Of a DNA stretch of 64,000 nt, positions 34,601 to 43,876 are shown one piece after another. The stretch spans positions 21,576,001 through 21,640,000 of the forward strand of contig NC_091291.1 of NCBI RefSeq assembly GCF_032444005.1, read 5' to 3'. The stretch is from Ranitomeya imitator (taxonomy: Eukaryota). Made by a program: the position numbers and the translations under genes. Position 1 is the first letter of the stretch. Every line of letters starts with the position of its first letter. A model generated the notes under the pieces. That model saw only the letters and a program-made list of their open reading frames with translations, did no database searches and was not told the origin of the DNA.

Positions 34601-37600
34601 ACAACTTTTTTTTGTGAATTTAACTATTTGCCTGCTCAGGCTGCGGTACACCCAGGAAGCGATTGATGCAGGTATGCTGAGCTTTCATTGTTTGAGTTGT
34701 GTATTTTTTCATGGTTGAAAGCAATGAGCAAACTCCGTAGGAAAGAAAAATAAGTCAAACAAATGATGCAAAGGAAAGCAGTTGACTATCAAAGAAAGTG
34801 TCACAGTCCTGTTGCAGGATATCCCGAGACAAGGGGCTCCATCCCGAACCCTCAAGCTAAGGGACGCCCTAATCTATCCATGTTTCCTGGATTACCCCAG
34901 AAGGTGGAGATGCCAGGGTCACATGCCTTTGCTATGGGAAGAGAGACAGGGATAAATGAAAATTGCAATCATACAAAATACACTCTTCAAACAACAGAGT
35001 GGTACACAGGGGAGGGGAAGGTAGGCAAAACTAAATAGGAGAGGATGAGGATGAACACGCAAACTCCAAGTAGAAATCTCCAGGACAACTCTCTATCAAT
35101 TCTAACCACCAAACATCTCCTCCAACTGTAAACCAGGCAGAATAAACTATCACTGGTAATTTCCAAATGCCAATGGCAAGAACATATATTCCGCAATCTT
35201 CTGGCCACTCTCTGTCGAGATATCCCCATGACGAAGAGGGAATGAAATGAAAGAAGGTGAATAGATAAAAGAAAAACAGGTGAACAGAAAAGGGAAGAGA
35301 TTGAAGGGAAAAGGAAGAAGGGAAGTGAAGGGAATGGTACAGAAAAGAGGTGAAAGGAATGTAGAAAAATGGAAATGAGGAGTGTGGAAAGCAAAAAAAG
35401 AGATAGAAGAAAAGAACAGAAAGAAACAAAGATGAATGGGAGTGAAACATGTTGAAAGAAAGAGAAGGAAATAAAAGTAATAAAAGGCCAAGGGAAAGTG
35501 AAGAGGCGAATTGAAAGGAAAGCTATTGAAGCAAAAGAGATGAAGGAGAAAAAAGGTGAATAAAAAGTGTTGATGGCGATACAAAAGAGGTGGAGGGAAT
35601 GGAAAAATTTGTAGAGCGGAAAAAGGTTGGGGAAAAATAATTAAAGGGAAAGGAAAAGGGATAAAGGAGAGAAAAGAAAAAAAGAAATGAAGCAAAATAT
35701 TTTCAAGAAAAATGGAAGAGAATGAAAGGAATGTAAAGTACAAAGAAAAAACTAAATGTGGTTAATAGAAAAAAAAGGAGAAATGAAAAAATAATTTAGA
35801 GACAAGAAAAGCAGATAAATGATAAGGAAGAGAAGGAGAATAGGAAAGGAAATGAAAGGAAAATTAAAGGGTATAAAGTTAAAGGAAAGGAAGTAAAAAA
35901 AGGTCCAGGAACAGGAAAGTAGATGGATGAAAAAAAACAAAAAATAAGATGCAGAAAGGAAAGAAAAGACACGGAAAGAAAGAACAATTCAATAAAATCC
36001 TTATAATCTTAAGGTATCTTCCATTATTTTTCTACTTCTATAAGTAAAGTGTTTTTCTTTTCCAGATAAAGATACATTTCTGCAATTACTAGAAATAGTA
36101 AACTTAGTGCTTTTGTAAAAAAAAATATATTTAAATTTATTTTGCCTCTTTTCCTGCTCTTCCAGGTCAGACGATTTCTTGTCCAGGTAAATATACTCAG
36201 TGTGATATTTGTCCTTTCGATCATTATTGTCCTCAGCCAATATAATTAACATATTAGTAAGTTTATATTACATTGGTAATTCAGCCATAAAGAAGTAGTC
36301 CATCTTGTTCTGTCTAGTGAGTGACATGAAATGGGACACAATTATTCTCCTTCGTATCCCCCATGAATCTTTATTTCATCCACCACCCCCTTACTGTCAC
36401 GCCATAAGCGGCGTTAAAGGGGCAGGCGGGCGTACTGGGACCCGCACCTGTCCTTACCACTTTAATGGGGCCCTGGCTTTCCCTTATCTCGGGGGTACCT
36501 ATGATGGTTAGGAGGCCCGAGCCGCCAGCGTCTCCCTGTCTCCTGTGCAGGCCCTATAAGTGGCCCCCTCTCCCCCCCCCAGGGAGGAGGACTGCACCAG
36601 TGTATAAACACAACAATAAACAGGGTATACAGACAAGGTAACTAACAGTCTCAAACTCACCAAATGCTCACACAACCACAGAGGGTACACATAGAAGGGA
36701 AGAGAAGGAGAAAACTAGGAAGGAAAACAGGTTTAGCAAGCAACCGAAACAACAGACACCAATCTCTGTAATAAACCTAAAAAGCTCCAAATATCACACT
36801 CCTTCAACCTCCAAGCCAGGCAGCAGAACTGATCACTGATACTAGCTGTAGTCAAGGCTGGGTCTATATAGAGGAGGAGATTACAAAAATCCACTTCAGC
36901 TAAGAGACTTAGCTCACAGCAACTTAGCAAATAAGGTTAACTCCTGCACTGCTGGCACAAAGCAGCCAGGTCAAAATCAGGAGAAGAGCTTCTGTTCACT
37001 GTGCCCAGAGCGCTGTGGTTCTCTGGAACCTCTCTGTTGCGGTAGCCCCGTGACACTTACACTCTACGTTAGGTGTGACACAAGGTCTCTGCTCTGTTTG
37101 GACTCTTCCTTTAAGCAACCAATGATTCACTGATATTTTATGTTCTAATATTGCACCATTTTTTTACAGTGTGCAGATCTATGGATTCTTCCCTTATCAC
37201 TGGGATGGTTGTTGGAAACGTTATCATCCTTATCCTGATCATTTTGGGGTCATATTGCTTTCTCAAGAAACATGCAGAGAAAAAACTATTAGGTAGCAGT
37301 AAGTAGTCGCAAAACTTTTTTCTTGGATTTTAATCCGTTCTCAGTGTTTTGGCTGCAGCAGTCATGTCACATCACTGCTGCCACCAATCATTGAGCTCAG
37401 TGGCTCTTATGAGAGCATAAGCCGCTGAGCTTAGTGATTGACTGCAGCAGTGATGTAAGCTGTATTCACTTCTGCAGCCAAAACATTGAGACCAAATAAA
37501 CTTTCATGAATGCTTTCAAAACTAAAAGTGTATATATAACCAGTTTACAAACATGCAGTTAACGTACAGCTCGTAGTTACAAATGCCGGATGTTTAGAAA

Positions 37601-40600
37601 ATAACCCAAACTCATGGCTGAAATCTCCAGCTGTCAGCCGGCCTTCTTCTTCCATCATCATGCACAGGCCTTTTTACTGTAGGAGAGGATTTTTGTTCAT
37701 ATCCACACCAGAGCTCACTATGCATCAGGTCTTGTCATCATTGCAACCTAATGATGCACAGTGACTTTTGGATGAGTACTGACATCTTAGCCTACAGTTA
37801 AGGGGCCGAAGAGGTGGCATCCAAAAATGGAAAGAAGAGAACTGAATGGCAAGCGCTTGGGTCACATCCATGTTGGAGCTCACTGCGTCATAAGATCTCA
37901 TCGTCATTGCAACCTTATGAGGAACAATAAGTTCTCGACACATACGGAAGTCCTGGCCTACAGTGAAGGAGCCAGAGAGATGGCATGCCCAACAATGGAA
38001 AGAAGAGGACCAGATGGTAAGCAGTTGGGCCACATCTAGGCCAAAGCTCACTGCGAGTGATCAGTTCTAGTCGTCATTGTAACCTTATGATGCGCAATAA
38101 GTTCTGGACACATATGGAAGTCCTGGCCTACAGTGAAGTGGCTGGAGAGGTGGGGCGCCCAACAATGGAAAGAAGAGGACCAGATGGCAAGCAGTTGGGC
38201 TACCACCTGGTCAGAACTCACTGCATGTCAAAAGGTCTAGTCGTCATTGCAATCTTATGATGTGCAGTGAGTTCTGGATGCATATGGAAGTCTTGGCCTA
38301 CAGATAAGCGGTCAAAGAGGTGGCACAACCAACAATGGAAAGAAGACCAGATGGCAAGCAGTTGGGCTAACACCTGGTCGGAGCTCACTGTGTGTCACAA
38401 GGTCGAGTCGTCATTGCAATCTTATGATGCGCAGTGAGTTCTGGAGGCATACGGAAGTCTTGGCCTACAGTGAAAGGGCCGGAGAGGTGACGCGACCAAC
38501 AATGGAAAGAAGAGAACCAAATGGCAGGACGTTGGGCCACATCTAGGCCAGAGCTCATTGTGAGTGATAAGGTCTCATCTTCAATGCAACCTTATGACGA
38601 GCAGTAAGTTCTAAGATGTGTACGGAAGTCCTGGCCTACAGTGAAGGGGCCGGAGAGGTGAGAAGAATTTTAATAAGTAATTTGATAAGTTGCTTGCTAT
38701 TACAATTTTTTTTCCATCTAAGAAGGCAGGCTTCATTTTAAAAAAGTTTGCACTTATAAAGGGAATGTGTTATATAAAATAGCACTTCTATACCTTTCTT
38801 TTACAAATTTTCCTTAAGAGTTTGTTTTTGCTCCCCACCTTAAACAAGATGATCAGCAACCACAATTATAACAGCCAAATTGAGTTCCTAGAATGCAGAA
38901 GGAAAGTTAGTATTTCCTATTATGAACCGCAACCATAATAAGTATATGCACAGTACATATGCGATCATGCTGCAGTGCAGGAGCCACGGCCGGCGCCTAC
39001 CAGCAGAAAGGCTTTTTCTTTCAGTATGTATATATAATTTTCATTATGTAAACTAGGGGGCAGGTCAGTTGGGATCAGTGACCTGTCAGCAGTCTGCGTT
39101 TTGAATAGCTAATCAGAGCACCACAAGAAGACGCCCAACGGACTGCCCCAAAGCACGGGCATATCATTAACTCAAAACTGAAAAGAAAGATTAAACAAGA
39201 ACCACAAGACAGATTTCATCCCCAGGTATCAGTGTAAACAGCATAACGGCGCCGACCTGACACTGTCTGTAGGTTACTGTAGGACACTTTAAACTGTAGG
39301 TATGATTAATAATTCAACCCCATTTGCTAAATATAGATTTAGAATTGATTCAAATTATTGTATGTTTTCTAGGGAATGGAACGCAGAATTCTGAACCAAA
39401 AGACGACAGAACAGAATCTACTTATCAGGTATTATAACAGCTACTAAGAGTTTTAAACAAACCTACATGAAATCAAATCATAATTCAGAATGTCGCTGTA
39501 AGATCAATGCACTGCTTGCATTCTACTGAACTGTCTCCTTCTTATCGTGAAGGCTGTATGTGACCACACAGAAATGCTAAGGATGGAAATATCCCTTCAT
39601 TGTACAAGTGATAGATAGATATATTGGGGAAAATAAGTATTTGATACTCTGCTGATTTTCCAAGATTTCCCACCTACAGAGAACGGAGGGGTCTATAATT
39701 TTTATTTCAGGTACACTTCAACTGTGAGAGACAGAATCTTAAAAAAAATCCAGAAGATCCAATTGTATGATTTTTACATAATTAATTTGCATTTTATTGC
39801 ATGAAATAAGTATTTGATAGAATAGAAAAACAACTTAATATTTGGTACAGAAACGTTTACTTGCAATTACAGAGGTCAGACGTTTCCTGTAGTTCTTGAC
39901 AAAACGTTCTCCTGACAGTTCTTGATGCCCAGGAAAATGTTGAGCCTGGCCATCATCAAGGAGTAAAAGTGCGACTGGTCTAGCCCCGTTGTCCTCTTGC
40001 CAGAGCTTGATGGAGAGTTGCATTTCTGCAACAACTGCAGGAAACTAAATGAGGTGTCTAAATTTGACGAGTATCCGATGTCCTGCATCGATGAACTCAC
40101 AGAGAAGCTAAGGTCAGCCACATACATCTCAACCCTGAACCTAACGAAAGGTTACTGTCAAATACTCCTCTATCAAAGTGCCAAGAAGTAGATGGTCTTT
40201 TTTACCTTGGACGGTTGCTTTCAGTACACCAGAATGCCGTTTGGGTTGCTATCTTCTAGAAGGCCATGGACCGGATCCTAGCCCCTTACAACAAGTTTGC
40301 TGCAGCTTACCTCTATGATATTGTGATTTTCAGCCCAGAGTGGGGAAGTCATCTGCAGAAGGTCCAGGCCATGCTGAATGCTCTGAGGAAGGCCAGGTCT
40401 ACCATAATCACAAAGAAGTGCGCCAAGGGGAAAAGAAGGAAAAATACTTGGGCTACATAGCCAGGAGTGGCGGAATAAAGCCACAAGTGAAGGTGGAGGC
40501 AATCCAAAATTGGCAAAAAACGGTCTCCAAGAAACAGATTCTGGTGTTTCTGAGAAAGATGGGATACTATCAGAGGTTAATCGGCCATGTTTAGGGCTAG

Positions 40601-43600
40601 GATGATTGAACAGCTGTAGAGTGGTTGGGAGGATGTTCAACACATCTCCACCCTAGGGTGGAGTCCAGAGAATAAATACACAGCCTTCTGGCTCATTACA
40701 AGGTGGAGTGTGCCTGGAGATTTTTTAATTATTGTTTGTTTCCTGAGTGGGGGAATCCCCTCATCAAGACCTACTGTGTCGTTGGTTTTGGTTTTTTTTT
40801 CTGTTAGGCCAGAAAGGCCATGTTTATACGATGATCCTGCCCTGGTTTATGCTGTACCTAAATAAACCAGTGGAAAATTTAAAGAGACAACCTTACTAAG
40901 TGTCTCCCTCTATGAGGAGCCAAGGGATCCGATCTACAACTGTGGGAAAGCTTGCAAAATTGGCAATATTTCAAATACTTATTTTCCCAGCTCATTAACC
41001 ACAAAATATCTGTTCAAAGTGACAATGGCACTTCCAGAAGCTATATAATTACAACGCAAACTGCAACTGCAATTAAAGAGTCAAATGAAGGTTCGAGTTT
41101 TAAGAAGAGGTCCATATTAAAATTTCATTTTATTGATACAAAAAAATTAAAAACATAATTTTAAGCAGAGATTGTCATGTAGGGGACGTTGTTCAGACAA
41201 AAAAGGTAACAAGGGAGGAGCAGAAATTAGTATTATTGTACTATTCAATACATCTGTTTCCTGATTCAATTTTAGTTTCCAAGTAAATGGCAATAAACCA
41301 TAGAATACACAAAGTGCACTGTGATGGTCAGGAATTAATAAAAATAGGCAAAATGACTATGACTCTATAGTGTGTGGATAAGGTAAGTCAGAAAGGTATT
41401 GTGGAAATAGAAGGGAAATGCACCAATCTTAATTATGTTCAGAGTTGTGCTAGTATGCTGCAAGTGCAGAGTAACAATATAGATATAGATCAATGTGTTC
41501 TCCCCCAATTCATGAGATTATAGGATCACACAAAGTGAATGCATAAGGTAAATAGTCATAAATTAATAATGCCAGGAGTATTGATAAAGTGATCTGTGCC
41601 GAAATTACCTTGGAGAGGTTGTCAGTAATTTCTAAATGGGAAATAATAGCCACAGCATTCCCTCACCCCGACGCGCGTTTATCCAGAAGAAGCTAATTTC
41701 TCTGCCTCCCTAGTTACCTTTTTTTTGTCTGAACAGTGTCCCCTACATGACAATCTCTGTTTACAATTATGTTTTTCATTTTTTGTGTCAATGAAATTAA
41801 ATTTTAATATGTATCGCTTCTTAAAACTCGACCTTTCATTTGAATCGGTGCTTGCAGTTCACATTGTGTTTATTTTCCCAACTGTAGATACACATATAAC
41901 AATTAAATGAGTTTCATTCAAGGATCTTTGGATGAGACTGGACTGCGATAGACTGTAGTATAGATAGATAGATGGCTATTAGAGAGATAGATTATAGATA
42001 GATAGATAGTGTTAGGCGTCGAGTTCCCGCAGCTGCACAGGGGGAATCTCAAGCCATGTCCTCTGCGGTCTCCCATTTTTCCTCAGCCACAGACGATTCT
42101 GCTCAGCAGAGATATCGGTCCCAGCGTCATGCTCAGGCTAATGCTGTTCGTTTTGTTATTGCTGCCTTCCCAGGTCCAGCTATAGCAATCAGCATTAGTC
42201 AGCAGCGAGCAGACGCTCCTGGGACTAAGTCCTGCTTTTGGCCTTCTGAGCATGCCCATGAGATGGCCACTCATTGGTGGTCGGAGGTCACATGCTCAGG
42301 TCCTCAAGCTGCTCAGATTGGTCCAGTAGCAAGGTCCCGGAAGAGGAAGACTGCAGCTATAAAAGGTTCGCATGGCCGTACGCTAGTATATCCTATAATC
42401 GTGGTGTGTGTGTGCAAGCATATATGTCTCTGCCTCTGGTGAAAGCTCCTAATGATCCCCTACCCACGTGTCTGGGTAATTGGAGTATAGATACAGCGCC
42501 TAAGTAGTGGCATCGCTAGCGCGACGCCATGCGGTCACATTGCACAGACCCAATTTATAGAGTCAGTTAGTGGTGTTTGCCAGTGCGACGCCGCACACAC
42601 TCACTGCGCTAAATTCACTAAATTTAGCATTGGTTAGTGGCGTTCGCCAGTGTGACGCCAGTTGTGCCCTGTGTCAGCTAACAGGGTATAGCGCTCATAT
42701 TTGTATTACTTTGCAGCAGCTCTGGAGGTAATAGAGTTTGCCACAGTTCACACCGGGTGACAGCCAACCCGTGTGTATTCGGCGCTACACCGCCATATTG
42801 TGTCCACCATTACCGAACTGCAGTTACCATCCCTGCACGGTGGACCCCAGGGTGTGAACGCACCTTATTATCATCTTTATATTTATTTGNNNNNNNNNNN
42901 NNNNNNNNNNNNNNNNNNNNNNNNNNNNNNNNNNNNNNNNNNNNNNNNNNNNNNNNNNNNNNNNNNNNNNNNNNNNNNNNNNNNNNNNNNNNNNNNNNNN
43001 NNNNNNNNNNNNNNNNNNNNNNNNNNNNNNNNNNNNNNNNNNNNNNNNNNNNNNNNNNNNNNNNNNNNNNNNNNNNNNNNNNNNNNNNNNNNNNNNNNNN
43101 NNNNNNNNNNNNNNNNNNNNNNNNNNNNNNNNNNNNNNNNNNNNNNNNNNNNNNNNNNNNNNNNNNNNNNNNNNNNNNNNNNNNNNNNNNNNNNNNNNNN
43201 NNNNNNNNNNNNNNNNNNNNNNNNNNNNNNNNNNNNNNNNNNNNNNNNNNNNNNNNNNNNNNNNNNNNNNNNNNNNNNNNNNNNNNNNNNNNNNNNNNNN
43301 NNNNNNNNNNNNNNNNNNNNNNNNNNNNNNNNNNNNNNNNNNNNNNNNNNNNNNNNNNNNNNNNNNNNNNNNNNNNNNNNNNNNNNNNNNNNNNNNNNNN
43401 NNNNNNNNNNNNNNNNNNNNNNNNNNNNNNNNNNNNNNNNNNNNNNNNNNNNNNNNNNNNNNNNNNNNNNNNNNNNNNNNNNNNNNNNNNNNNNNNNNNN
43501 NNNNNNNNNNNNNNNNNNNNNNNNNNNNNNNNNNNNNNNNNNNNNNNNNNNNNNNNNNNNNNNNNNNNNNNNNNNNNNNNNNNNNNNNNNNNNNNNNNNN

Positions 43601-43876
43601 NNNNNNNNNNNNNNNNNNNNNNNNNNNNNNNNNNNNNNNNNNNNNNNNNNNNNNNNNNNNNNNNNNNNNNNNNNNNNNNNNNNNNNNNNNNNNNNNNNNN
43701 NNNNNNNNNNNNNNNNNNNNNNNNNNNNNNNNNNNNNNNNNNNNNNNNNNNNNNNNNNNNNNNNNNNNNNNNNGCAATTATGATGGAAAATTGATTTTTG
43801 AAAACAGTAAACTTTTGTTTTGAAGGACCTAACGGGACAGCAGGACAACACCTACTACAACATAAGGATACAATGA
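31623..43876 (+). CDS. Gene C, Siglec-like V-set + C2-set receptor with cytoplasmic ITAM: join(31623-31689,33047-33418,33754-34056,36166-36186,37170-37292,39373-39428,43826-43876), 330 aa
   Basis: Phase-compatible GT-AG exons (993 nt) with the same architecture as gene B. YYFR keeps the Arg; tail ESTYQ|DLTGQQDNTYYNIRIQ*. The last exon lies just past an assembly gap. Confidence 0.86.
31928..32484 (+). mobile_element. Old solo LTR
   Basis: TGTGAT...ATCACA termini, TATAAAT box, T-rich body; TSD not clear. Confidence 0.45.
33047..33418 (+). CDS. Gene C Ig V-set exon
   Basis: ttttcaacag|GT...ATC G|gtacgt, 372 nt; VQEGLCVTIPCQF...GNPDYGDCTLTINNAKREDDGTYYFRHE. Confidence 0.93.
33754..34056 (+). 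CDS. Gene C Ig C2-set exon
   Basis: ttcctag|AG...GTA G|gtaagt, 303 nt; ELSDKPEI...CTSPGRCSGKSPLITW...LTCMV. Confidence 0.93.
35240..35990. repeat. Purine (A/G)-rich low-complexity tract in gene C intron 3
   Basis: Composition seen directly. Confidence 0.85.
36166..36186 (+). CDS. Gene C 21-nt stalk micro-exon (GQTISCP)
   Basis: ttttcctgctcttccag| ... CCAG|gtaaat; phase 1-1; same position as the gene B micro-exon. Confidence 0.7.
36395..37055 (-). mobile_element. Solo LTR in gene C intron 4
   Basis: TGTCAC...GTGACA termini; 5-bp TSD CTTAC; orientation inferred from base skew. Confidence 0.85.
37170..37292 (+). CDS. Gene C transmembrane exon
   Basis: VCRSMDSSLITGMVVGNVIILILIILGSYCFLKKHAEKKLL; 123 nt. 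Confidence 0.88.
37711..38660 (+). repeat. ~168-bp tandem repeat, ~5.6 copies, in gene C intron 5
   Basis: Units start at ~37711, 37876, 38044, 38215, 38381 and 38551 (gagctcact...). Confidence 0.9.
39373..39428 (+). CDS. Gene C cytoplasmic exon (...RTESTYQ)
   Basis: ttttctag|GG...TATCAG|gtatta; phase 1-0. Confidence 0.8.
39623..39900. mobile_element. Tc1-like terminal fragment
   Basis: TGGGGAAAATAAGTATTTGATA with an internal direct repeat AAATAAGTATTTGAT near 39805. Confidence 0.55.
39955..40940 (+). pseudogene. Decayed Gypsy reverse-transcriptase fragment followed by LTR-like sequence
   Basis: RKLNEVSKFDEYPM, YISTLNLTKGYCQI, RMPFGL, AAAYLYDIVIFS and YLGY, broken by stops and frameshifts. 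Downstream shares TTAGGCCAGAAAGGCC and GGTTTATGCTGTAC with 27348-27737. Confidence 0.8.
41958..42009 (+). repeat. (GATA)n microsatellite
   Basis: Seen directly. Confidence 0.8.
42010..42889 (+). mobile_element. Solo LTR or 5' LTR, family 1, truncated by the gap
   Basis: TGTTAGGCGTCGAGTTCCCG start; homologous to 28865-29906. Confidence 0.85.
42890..43773. other. Assembly gap (N run)
   Basis: Run of N. Confidence 1.
43826..43876 (+). CDS. Gene C terminal exon (DLTGQQDNTYYNIRIQ*)
   Basis: cttttgttttgaag acceptor; same length and codon-level homology with 24949-24999. Confidence 0.78.
   Translation, partial: DLTGQQDNTYYNIRIQ

Noticed and set aside
34987-35987. Phe/Leu/Ser-rich minus-strand ORFs resembling membrane proteins
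   Set aside because: They arise from the polypurine low-complexity tract; no splice structure or domain.
22939-37292. DAP12/FcR-gamma-coupled activating Siglec model
   Set aside because: Neither TM helix contains Lys or Arg.
37711-38660. 168-bp repeat as a C2H2 zinc-finger array (2 x 84 bp)
   Set aside because: No CxxC...HxxxH spacing or TGEKP linker in any frame I read, and no 84-bp sub-period.
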